The position numbers and the translations under genes were made by a program. A stretch of 64,000 nt of DNA, taken from the NCBI GenBank assembly GCA_002633005.1, contig NMRA01000340.1:124001-188000 (forward strand), read 5' to 3'. Positions within the stretch are counted from its first letter, which is position 1. Each line of letters starts with the position of its first letter. This stretch comes from Phoronis australis. Taxonomy: Eukaryota > Animalia > Phoronida. The notes under the pieces are model-generated. The model did not search any database. It had not been told where the DNA came from and saw nothing but the letters and a program-made list of their open reading frames with translations. Shown here in pieces: positions 1-12,600 of this stretch.

Positions 1-125
1 AAAGGACTTTTGTCTCGTTTTCTACTTTTTTCGGAGTTTTTGTTTCTCTGAGGCGGACCCCTTTGCCCACTTCACCAAAAATGGGGAGCTTCTTCGAAGG
101 AGCCCCCCCCCCTGAGTGCGCGCAT
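1..125 (+). repeat. Dispersed repeat end, second copy at ~28350-28448
   Basis: Shared TTTTGTCTC..TTTTTGTTTCTCTGAGGCG..CCCACTTC..CCCCCCCTG..GTGCGCGCAT. Confidence 0.7.
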
Positions 126-3100
126 ACATTGGTAACAGAACTAGAAACCTATCACGGTAAGGAATGTCATGAGACCGATTTTATGATAGTAAAAGACCTT
201 TTTTGACTTTTGAATTTTAGCCAGATGAACTGGACGAAATGCAGCTTTTATAGGGATGTCGTTTTACGGCTCAAAAACGCATTTTGGCATTATTGTTGAA
301 GCCATTACCTTTGATTAGAGTTACAGAACAATAATGTCCGCTGTGTTTTCTGATTTCGTTACAAATCGCCAATTACTGCCGTTGTCTGCCACTTAGTTCA
401 GGGTCTGCGACCACAAAGGATCCTGTAGAATCCATGCTGCGGCCATTCTCGTAACACCATTATGTACAAGAATATCGACAATACACCAATACAGGTATCT
501 GCTCTTAACACCGCATAACAACGTCGTAAGAGTGAGAAGTCTGCAGCCTGATTTGCCCGTCTTTACTATACCCTTGTCTCAAAGGAGGACACACCAGTTT
601 ATTGATCAGAATATTGATATATAAAAATGAGTTGGCATGGTGTTTCTATTTGAGGATGCTATACGTATTGGAACTTACCTGGCTACAAACAGTTTGGAAA
701 TCTACACATTTGAAGATGATTTTCATAGATTACCAGCAATTAATACAGGGGTACTGAGAGGTAGACAGATGGATGGGCGAATGGACACACAAACACACAC
801 GGACACGCAAACACACAGGACAAATAAATTGTATCATTCCAATACAGAACATAAATGACAATAAAGTTAGGGTTGTAATACTGGCACTGATACACTGGCT
901 TAATTTTCTGTTGATTTTTTACTAGATTTAAAGTTTAGACTTCAACCTCTTCATTAAATTATACTGAGAAAAAAGTTCACTTTGTGTTTTTTAAAAATGA
1001 TTATTCATGGTAAAGTTTCAAAGTTTCGGAAGGCCATTGCTATATGAGGGTTACAATATAGAATGTTGAATGTGTTAATTACATTTCTTTCATACATATT
1101 TTAGGGTACAACTGTCTTGTTATATGGTATTCAATGATAAATGGAATGCTCAAAAAGCCACAGACCATGTTCTTGACATTGTCAGACTTTATCTGACAAC
1201 CAAGGACAGTTTTATCAAGAGCATTGTTTCTAGCCTACTCTATGTAATGCAGTGTTCTCCATGATCAGCAGCAGCGGCAGCGGCAGCAGCTGCGACCTGT
1301 TTGTCCGAACTTGCGAAATGGTTTGTAAATCGATATTGTATACATTATTCTGTAAATACCAGTGTCTCCCACTAGTTGAAGTGATTTACATTTACTCTTG
1401 GCTTACAACCATTATGTGTGGTCTATTTCTCTAAGGCGGTCTCCATGGGCGGTATGCCACAGGAGGCCTGGAAAACCACTTCTGTCACCCCTTTGAGGGG
1501 GGGGGGTAACAACTTAATTCTCCTGATGTAACAATCATTGTACTTTAAGAATAAAAAAATTCCGGACGTTTAAACATTTTCGTGATGTTAACATTTTGCC
1601 AATTCAGGAAATTCTACATGGAATTGTACAAATTAGAAAAGAAGAAAATCAAGTGCCCATAAAGGATAATAGTGTAGATAGTATTTCGTTCCCACAGACT
1701 ATATCAAGTCATGCTAAGTGCATATTTTGTTATATCCCAATTGAAACGCAGAATTAAAGAAGGAATGGGAATTTATGGGTACCACCTGGTGGTGAAATAT
1801 GGAACTATCATTCATAGTGATTTACCGGTATGCTGTTTATACTGTTGTTGAAACTATACATTATCAAACACTAAGTGACTAGGCGTCATGTTCCTTTTAT
1901 CACACATTTACTAACATGTGATAGAAAAACAATAACTGTTTTAAGCCCAAGTCATACAATTTGCCGAAATGGAAACAAAAAGTATAAAGTACCAATTTAA
2001 ATGCAATCGGATGAAGTAAAAAAGGCCAGGAAATTTAAAAAAAAAAATAAAAAGCCATTGCAAAAGATGTAAATATAAAATGTTTCACAAATCCTTTTGG
2101 ATTCCTATTGGATCTTATTGGATTTCCTATAGGAAATCCTATAGGAATTCCTATAAGATTTCCTATAAGGTCCAATAGGAAATCCTATTGGAATTTTTCG
2201 TAAAGGTTCTGACGAGCGGCACTCCCCGACTCGTATCTTGAAATGGTACAGCGAAATTCCCTACGCCAGGGTTCACTTCTCTCACCGGGACTTTTTTCCT
2301 AGATAAAGCTACCGCACTTGTGAAGGAGTTTCAATACGGCCTGATGATATTTGAGTCGACGTGAATGCAAATGTGGCGGTCGGGTGTACTCTTTTTGACA
2401 ACATGTCAGCTTGTGTGAACCCCTAAAAGGATTGGATCCCCAGCAGAGCCGGAAATGAAAAGAGATTGTCTTGATACAAAACCCTGCGGAAGGGCAACTT
2501 CCTACGGTTCCCTGCAATTGGGTCCAACAGTTTTCGAGTCGGACACTCCCTCACTACTGAGTGGGCCTTCGTCACACTTAATAATTTTTTTCAGTGTACC
2601 CACTGCAAATCACGATAATTAATAAATTAATTAATTAATTAAGCAAGTAAGTAATTAAGCAAGTAAGTGAATAAAACGTTATTTTAAATCAGTGTGCGTA
2701 GATGCAACAAAAGAAAAATTATCCGATGCTATAATTACTTGTGTACCGGCTAGTAGAGAATTATTTACTGAAAGGTATATGAAAATATAGGCCTACAGAA
2801 AGATTAACATAAGAACCATGAAAACAAGCATAGTCAAAACCCTTATACTTTCAGCTCATGAAACAAAAAGCACCAGGATAACACGGCAACATCCGACAGT
2901 CAGGTACTCAAAGTTTTCTCAGTCTTGGAAAAGTCGAGATTAGTCATTAAAATTTTGATACTGGCGATCGCGGCATCAGCCTTGCAACATCCGTACTTGA
3001 TTTAGACAATTTTTTCTGCATAAAGACACCTCGACTATATGTATGGAGTTTGGGCCGTTAAGTATAGACGAACGAAATCTCGAGGTTGAGATAAGACAAA

Positions 3101-3483
3101 TGAGCTCTATATATTTATATTTATCTCATTGGATAAGACATTTTGGTCCCTGGAAGTTATAGCCGGGTCGGCGCAGTCGAAGCAATCTACTAGACTTGGG
3201 CCAACATAATGAAGATGCCAGTCCAACCCCGCCATGCTGCTTCCGTCAGTGACACGACCATCACGTGCTACTTCCCAAAGGTCCAAAAGTCACACTTGCG
3301 AGAAAAGCTGGTCAAACTCCCTGATGAAAGTTGCGAAGGCTTACCCAACTTTGATTTTCAACCTCTAGAGGGCGTCCCAGTAGAAACATGGCGACGACAC
3401 AGCACTGAGAAGTAACCACACTGAAAAGTTGCGCAGAACTATTCCAAGAAAAATTCTTTAATTGTCTGATTATTTTAGCAAAA

Positions 3484-3671
3484 ATGTCTCGTCTGGGACC
3501 TGACCTAACTCTGGAACAAATAGATGATTGGTTTAAAATTGGAAAGAAGTCAGCAAGGCCGAAAGTGCAAACCGTCGCAAGGACAAAGTTTGGAGGAAGA
3601 TGGTTTGATCCCAAAACAGGTGGCGCTGATTTGAGAAAGGAAGAAGAGCTTATGTCTTCTTCTCATAGAAG
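3484..3671 (+). CDS. TDRD9: TDRD9 exon 1 (start codon)
   Basis: ATG, MSRLGPDLTLEQIDDWFKIGK. Donor AG|GTGCTT chosen because phase 2 fits exon 2; the alternative donor at 3619 is phase-incompatible. Confidence 0.8.
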
Positions 3672-6600
3672 GTGCTTAATGTGTAATTCAATGTGAAACA
3701 TTGCCTTCTTCATGGTTACTGTTTATGTGGCATGAATCTGAATGAAAATTATCTTGATTCAAATTCTCAGAACTAGCTTTGCCCCGACTGCCTGGCGAAC
3801 TGCAAACGTAGCACCGTCTTCAAAAAAGATGATAATCTCTGGCTTCAAACTACCGCCCAATATCACTCACCTATGTTCCAAACTTATGGAGCACATAGTT
3901 ATTGGTAACATTATGCCTCATCTCGACACAAATAATATACTTTACACCTGGCAGCATGTTTTTAGTAGCCATAGATCATGTGAAACACAACTATGGAGGC
4001 AGGCACTTAAACCGACGCTGTGGTGCTGGACTTCTCCAAAGCCTTTGATATGGTATCCCATCGTAGTCTCTTGGAGAAGATCAGATACTACGATATAAGG
4101 GGTCTCACCCACTATTGGATCCAGTCATTTCTATCCCATAGAACACAGAGAGTCGTCGCCATTGACGAGTTTTCAAATTCCTCCCCAGTCCAATCAGGAG
4201 TGCCCCAGGGCTCTGTCCTTGGCCCTGCACTCTTCATACTCTACATAAACGACCTTCCTGACACCATTCTTTCTAATGTCCGGCCCTTTTTGCTGATGAT
4301 GCAGTTCTCTGTAGACCCATTGGTTCCCCCCACGATTGCCAAATTCTTCAACAAGACTTGGACTCCCTAGCCTCTTGGGGAAAACTCCTGGAACATGAAC
4401 TTTAATATCTCCAAATGCAATATTCTTCGTATCCACAGAAAAAGTTTCCCCATAATATACAATTACAGCCTACACAACGCTTGACTCAAATGCATTAATG
4501 AAGCCCCATACCTCGGGGTCACTCTCACCAATAATTTATCGTGGAACACTCATATAGACACAATCACCTCAAAGGCAAACAAAACTCTTGGCTTCATAAA
4601 CGAAATTTCAAATATGCTCCGCAAAAAACAAAAGCCCTTGCCTACACTTCACTTGTTAGACTGAAACTCGAATACTCCTCCTCCGTCTGGGATCCATCCA
4701 CTCGCACAAACATTGAAAAAATAGAAAAAAATACAGCTTAGAACATCCAGGTTTGTTTTAAATGACCACTCAAGGTACTCCTCCATTCCATCCATGCTCA
4801 AAACTTCAATTGGCCCACCCTCCAGGAAAGATGAGCTCAGAACAAAGTATCCCTTCTGTACAAGATCGCACATAACCTGGTTGCTATTCCTCACTCATAC
4901 CTCCCACTCCTACAGACCTCCAGATCACCAAACTCCCACTCTCATACATTTGAGAGATTATACATCCGCACCGCATACTAAGCAAACTCTTTCCATCTAC
5001 CATTCTACTGTGGAATAGACCCACAATTCGCCATCTCATCAGAAACAATAGAAATATTCACAAGTCACATCCTGAACATCACTCTTACACAGTAATCATT
5101 ATGACCTGTTTTACCTTGGCACTAACCAACACTTCGTTTTATCGTCGTTTTTCACAGTTACGTGCACCTCAGTTTTATACTAACAATGCGCCAACAAGTA
5201 AGGATCCACTATAGGATCTTTATTAAATTTAGTAATTGTATTTATATGAAGCTCACAACAGACGACGTCTCTCAGGCGGATCTAACGAACGCTGTGGCCC
5301 ATAGTGGCAATTTCATTTTTTCCATCTTTCTTTGTTTCTCTGAAGTTCCTTGAAAAATTTTTATGAAATTTGGTAAATAACTCTGTATTAAAAAGTGATG
5401 GCATGTTCCCGTTTTCAGGTGGATTGGAATTTTTGCGCCATCTAGTGGCCATTTTTATGATACAAATAAATAACTCTAAAAGCACGCAATACAACGCTGT
5501 GCGGTGCATTCGTTGATGCATTTCAACGCTCCGCGTTGCTCTTGTTTTACAGAGATATTGATTTTTCAAAACCTGTACAAATGTATACTAAGTTATTTTT
5601 TAACAAGTTGGTTTGGCAGCTTACGGAATACAACCTTTTTGTGACATTAATTTCATGTGAGCTTCACTTAATGGTGGTCATAACATGGCATCAGTTTGCT
5701 GAAAATCAGACACCAGAACCGATTTTACATTTCTTGGCCTAATGGTAGACTTGCTCATTTATTTCGAATCACTAGTCACTGGTTTCTCAACTATCACTGA
5801 TGGGAACGTGAATGGTACTTGTTGAAAATTTGTTAATGTTCACTTAATTAGATTTTTAGAAGCTCCTAATGGTGTCTTTGTAGGTGAAATTGTCACTTCT
5901 TTATGCTCAACGTCGTCCAAAAAATAAGACATACAAACTTATATTTTCGTAAAAAAATGCTGCTTTCACAACATTTTCGTATTGCAGGAAAGCACCTGAT
6001 CCCAGATTTCAACGCAACTATGCTGACTATTACAAACAACTTGAAAATGAGGCTCAGGTTGGTATTTATATTTTTGTGATCACAAATAATGATAAAGTGC
6101 TACTGATTCAAGGCTCTGAAATGTTTTGTGTGAGTCTGTTAATCAGTCTAATGTTCGAACGTTCATTTTATTAAAGCAATATTCTTCTTTTTCTCGCGAT
6201 TCTACCACACTGCCTCACTTTTTTAATAAGCGAAATTAGCATATCATATATACTATTGTGATGTCTCGCTCCACATAACCTTATTTTCCGTTTGACTAAA
6301 AAGAAGAAAGGTATGTTTCATGGGTTATTGCATCACACGTAATTTCCCATTCCACTATCAGTGCAGTTGTCCCATTTTTTGATTCTCGAATGTTGACAAC
6401 TGTGTAACAGGTGTTCAGAATCACATTGTCTCTTTGTTATGAATATTGCTATTTTCAAGAGTTCACATTCTTTAATAACATTATAATAACTTCCTGATAA
6501 CTATGCCAAGCTAGTGGCTGCGGTCAATGCTTGCCCAACACTTCCAAGCTCTAGTGTCCCGTGGATTCAACTTCCAAATTTTCGGAATCTGTTTCGATTT

Positions 6601-9600
6601 CTGGGGGTATATGACAACAGTCCATTTACATTATCACTGATTGTCACACAATAGACAATTGCAATATGAAGCTACTTTCAGTGGTACTTTTACCAATGTA
6701 TAATATGGGAAGGTTACCAAGATTTCTTTGGTTTTATTTTTTGCAAATGCTCAACATTGTATCCAAGGTGATGCACCTATATGTCTTCATAACCTTGATT
6801 GTGTCAAATGAAGCTAGGATGCAGCTTTGTGCTAACGCTGTGAGACTTTGCCAATTTTTAGTGCCAGCTCCAGTTTACTAGATGAATTTGCCATTTGGCT
6901 TGAGCAATGATGCCAGAAACAGTGATTAAACTGATTAGGCACACAGTGTTTGTACTGTATGGCTTGCTCACAGTGTCATTCTTTCAGTTTAAAGAACTTT
7001 TGTTTTTATTAATATCACTTTGACGAAACTCGATGGAAGGCATTCAAAAAACCTTCCAGAGTACGGTAAATAACATGTTCCAAATTGACCAAATATGCCT
7101 TCAAAAAGTTAAACATTCCCATTTATAGCAAGATTTTATTGTACACATCCCGGTTTTTCAGCCAGTGTGACTGTTATGTTGGGTCGTACATTTCAGTGTG
7201 AGTTTGTGCCTTAATTTTTGCGTTAATCAGAACTAGTCTGAGTTCTGTAGCAGGGTGAGTCCACACTTCTCGTTTGCCACGATCGTACTATGTCTGCGCT
7301 GGGGTTAGCTCATTGACCCGTAATTTTACGTGGTTAATCATCCCAATGCTGACCCCTGTTTGAGAACTCTTTCTTGCTCAGTATTTATGTAAAATCAATG
7401 TTGCGGAATATGCTTGGATAATAAGACAACAGTGCTTGTGGTCTTTCAGCCGGTTGTAGTTTAAGAGCCAGGTCTTGAATAATTGAGGTCTCAACTGTCA
7501 AGTTAGCATGCTGAAACAAGTAAAGGGATTGCATTATCACTGTTTTAGGTGGCTGAAGCTCCTGTAGCCAGCAAGCCTGTTGTAGGTGCGCTGGACAGTC
7601 TAGAATTGGACACCATCACATCTGGCACTGCACCATCTCCAGAAGACTATAACATTGACAAAAGCAATCATGTGTACAGAAACTATGATTTCACACCAAA
7701 GGACCATGGCAAGGGACTTCCCATTGCAAAATTCAGGGACCAGGTAAGAGTCTGGGATTGCGGCAGTGTCTTGTGGCAAGAGATGTCCCATTTAAAAGTT
7801 CAGGGACCAGGTAATAGTTTATCATTAAAGGATTTACTGTGGTGACCTGTGGTGTGGAGCTTACCGTAACGAGGTTTTAGGACCCCTTAAGGTCTATCAT
7901 TGCAGGATTTTGCTGTAGTATCCTCTGGCGTGAGACTTTCACTTTAGAGTTTCAAAGACCAGGTGCGAGTCTGACGTGTTATTTGCTGTTGTGTCCTGTG
8001 ACATGGTTGTACCAGTGAAAGGTTCAAAGAATGGGACCAGGGTCTAATCGTTGTACTCTAAATCGAACTCTAAATTATTTTTTACATTTTACGTTTTACT
8101 TTTATAGAAAGTGAAGAGGAATTTGTTTTTTCTGCGCTTCATTTTTTATGGTTTATACTGAGGAGTGTCTAGTCCAAGTTTCCACCTGACGATCCCTAGA
8201 TTTGAGCTACAAACTTGAAAAAACTCGAGATTTCAGCTAAAAACTTGAAATTCCAAGTTTGGACTCTAACTTATAGCGTTAGTTCTGAGGTTATTAAGTA
8301 CAAGCTATAATTAGACAGTCGTCCACTTGAACTATAATGTACTCGAGCTCATTAAGTAGACTCTTTATCTTGAATTCGTGTGAAAGTAGACCTGAAAATT
8401 TCAAAAAATTATATAAAGTAAGCATACAAAAACAAGTACGTTGACGACTTTCCACCTTGTCTATTCCAGATTGTTGGCACGATTGAGAGTAACCAGGTGA
8501 CCGTGATTCAGGGGTCCACAGGAAGTGGAAAGACGACGCAGGTGCCTCAGTACATACTGGATCAATACGCGTTGCAGGATAAGTACTGTAACATCATTGT
8601 TACACAGCCACGGAGGATAGCAGCCATGAGTATAGCCAGGAGGGTGTGTCAGGAGAGGGGGTGGAACCTGGGCGGAGTCTGCGGCTATCAGGTATATGTC
8701 AAGCTTTGTTAGGTTAGACATGTCAGAGGGATAAAGTCTGTGGATACCTGGTATATGTCAAGCATTGTTAGGTTAGAAGTGTCAGGTGGGTGTGGCTAGA
8801 ATGTGAGTGAAGTCTGTGGCAATCAGGTTTATGTACACATTTTTGGGTTAGAAGTGTCAGAGGGATGTGACTGGAATGTGGGTGGAGTCTGTGGCTATCA
8901 GGTATATACCAAGCATTGATAGGTTGGAAGTGTAAGAGGGGTGTCACTGGAAAATGTGTGGTGCCTGGCTATCAGTCATGTCAATCATTTCTAGGTTATC
9001 ATAGTTGGGTGGTTGTAGCTGTACTTTGTGTGGAGTCTGCGGCTGTCAGGCTTGTCAATAATTTCCTGGTTACTAGTGTTGTAAGGTTGTGAGTGTAAAG
9101 TGGTCGTAGTCTGCGGCTGTTGGGTATGTCAATCATTGCTAGGTTATGTGTCTGAGTGGCGGTGGCTGGAATATTGGTGAAGAGTGTGGAGGTTGCTAGG
9201 TGTGTCGAAAAGTAAGGCAAGTGTGTGAAAGGTGACAACATTATTTGACTAGCTGCAATGTCTGTTGTTACTGTTTCAGGTGGGAATGAACCGTGAGAAC
9301 TCGGAAGACACGAGACTGTTATATGTGACCACGGGTGTTCTGCTACAGAAACTGATCAATACTAAGCACATGTTTGACTACACACATGTAATCCTGGATG
9401 AGGTTTGTTGTGTTCTTGCCATCGTGATTGAGTGATTTGTCCTTAACTCGAAAGAAATTTCAAATTTGCGGCATGAATTTTTTAAATGCATTTGGAGTGC
9501 TATACATATTGCAACCTGATGTGATGCCATAGAAAATAAAAAAATTGGTTCCAGTCAATGCCCGATTCACTTTGAAACCTGTGTCTCCATGTTAAAAAAA

Positions 9601-12600
9601 TGCACCTGCCCATATCACTTAAAGCGAAAATTTTTAAAAGCTACGCAAACATATTTAAGGTTAGTTTTTTAGCAAAGTGGCTTAGCAACTTCCCAACAAC
9701 CACTTATTTCATGAACTTTTGATTAAGATCCATCTTGCAAAGGCAAGTGGTCCGTGCACTTGTGAGTCGCAACCAGGCCCCCTTCACTTTGGCTCACATC
9801 ACGTCACTTTTTGAATAAATATACCACTGAAAAATACCATGCCATAGCATGAATGACAAAAAACAGACAAGAATCAAGTATGCTTCTTTGGCTTAATGTA
9901 CTTAATCTTCCGAGAAATGAATTCTTCTATGTTTGGAAACATTTTCATTGGATTTTTTGGATTGCATTTATGATACAAAAACTTCATGGTTATTACTCAT
10001 TACTTTGCTCTTCCCATTTGCTCCCCATTTTCTATTTACCCACACCCCATATTGTGGATGGATAAAAATGAGGAGCAAGTTGTATTGCATTGTATTATTA
10101 TTTTATGGTCATTTGAAAAAATCCATCAATATTACTGTGTGCAGGCTGTTGTCTTCTGGGATCCTGGTCTTGCTTAATGAATCGGTGTATTTTTAAGGGA
10201 AATTGGTATTTAAATGTGAGCGATAACATGATTAATGCAAAAGAAAATAACTGTATGCTATTTGACATGATCCAAATTCTCTAAAAAATTGTTTCAGTTT
10301 AGATTGCTTCGCTAAGTTATTCCCATCATGTCTTTTTTAAAGAAAAATTGACTTATCTGATTGTGATCATTGTACTTAATATAACCCAAGTCCATGAGTC
10401 CGACATGTATATTATCTGTAAGAACCATAATTTAAAGCCATGAGATAGCCTATTCGGTTGACTAATCAAATTGCGACTGATCATATTGCTCTAAAATGTT
10501 TTATTTTGAAATTGGAAAAGTAGAAATAAAAAGTCTCTGTACCCCCTGAAAAGAAATTAATGAAAATTTTAATTTTGTTGCTCTCTCTTGTTGAAACGTT
10601 TGAAACACAAAAGCGCCTCTTGTAGCTTTTCTGTTTGTGATTGACCCTGTGGGTGCAGGCTCTGGATATCATAAGTACTCTCTTGATATCATTTATTAGT
10701 ACTCTCTGGATATCATTAGTAGTCTCTTGATTCGTCTTTCCCGTCCTTCAGGTGCATGAGCGGGATCAGGACACGGACTTCTCACTGCTTGTTGTCAGGA
10801 AGTTACTACGCACCAACTCGCACCAAGTGAAAGTAGTTCTCATGTCGGCCACATTTGACTCTGAGCTGTTTGCCCAGTACTTCTCTGTGCCTATTCGTGG
10901 TCACTTGGAACAGGCGCCAGTTGTTAGTGTAGAGGGAAAGTGTTACTCTGTGTCGGAGTACTACATAGAGGATTTGAAGCCGCTAGGGCCGGTGAGTTGG
11001 GTCAGAGGCTGGAGGGAAGGGTTACTCTGTCTTAAAGTGCTGTGTAGAGGACTTTGAAGCCTCTAGGACCATTAATAACATTGTGACAAACTAAAAAAAC
11101 ATGCTTTGATTAAAATGCCAACGTTTTATCCACATTGTTCAGTAGCTATGATTCGTTGTTTAATCATTCATAGCTTGCTGGCTGGATAGATTGTATGGTA
11201 TGGAAGGGAGGTGTTACTCTGCCTTTGAATACTATGTAGAGCACTTGAGGTTCCTATGGTGAGTAGGGGGCAGGGTGGGGAGGGGATATTTTGCTCTGTT
11301 TGTGAGTGCTATGTACAAAGCGTGAAGCCACCAGGACTGGTGGTCTCAACTGTGAAATGACACAAGTCCAATGTTTCTGTTATCTCAGAGTGCTGTTTCA
11401 CTCTCAGGGCTGATAGCGTGAGAATAACGCACTGTAAATTTTCAGTACAAGTTCTGTCATGGTTGATGTAACGATGGAGCAAAATCTATTCAAATCTGAT
11501 CTGACTTGTTAGATACTAAGTCAGACTCATTACACTGATCACCTGAGAGATGTGTTCACAGTTTACAATGGCATTTCTTACAGTTACCAGTGTTAGATCC
11601 CAACAATCCCGGACTTCAGCCGGAAGCTGCTGAGCTGGCCAAGTTACTCACCATGAAGTTTGATGATATGGAGCTTCAGGAGCAAGGGTAAGGTCACCTG
11701 AATGGAGTGTTGCTGGGGTCAATAGGGTAAGGTTCAGGTCACCTGAAGGGAATGTTGCTGAGGGTAAGGTTCAGGTCACCTGAATGGAATGTTGCTGGGG
11801 TCAATAGGGTAAGGCTCAGGTCACCTGAATGGAATGTTGCTGGGGTCAGTAGGGTAAGGCTCAGGTCACCTGAATGGAATGTTGCTGGGGTCAATAAGTG
11901 ATTCTGTAGTATGGTTTCCTTGGCTACATGTGGGCTAAAAATACTGTGGAATTGTTTTATACCTTAACTATTACAAGGATGATGCTTTGGTGTTTGTAGT
12001 AATAACAGAAAAGATTGTTTTTGTGAAGTCAATTATTAGAGGTGTGTACGGATTAAACAGTTCTGGGTTGATTTTTCTTGTAATGGAGAAGACGAGCAAC
12101 TGTGCAATTGACTAAATAAACTAACTAGAAATGAGCCAGTACTCCATTGTGCATTTTCTTTTAAATTAGCTACAAAATGTGCTTAATGGGAGAAAACTGC
12201 ATCAGAGTGTCTTTCACAGACTGAACTGTATGCTGTTATGTTAGCTTCATTGTGTCAACAGCTTTTGGATGTTTATGACCTTGGATTTTGTTAGATTAGG
12301 TCAATTCTGATACTCCTGTGTCCACAACTACATCATCTTATTAACGTAGGGAAAGCTGGACATAATTCTACATCCCGCTTTTTATGGTTAGAGATTTGTT
12401 GGGTATCTGAAATGGATTGTGGGTCCACCGGTCAGCTCAGCAGAATGAATCCAGGCAATGAAATCGGAGAACGTACACCTACAATTGCGGTCAATAGATG
12501 GCGGTGAACATGTATATTCCACAATTCTGTAACGGTAAGATGGTCCATAACTGTGCACTTATTGAAAGCGTGAGTGAACTTTCAGCCCACACCCTCAGCA

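Noticed and set aside
3619-3625. Donor CAG|GTGGCG as the end of TDRD9 exon 1
   Set aside because: Phase 1 is incompatible with exon 2; the donor at 3671 restores frame.
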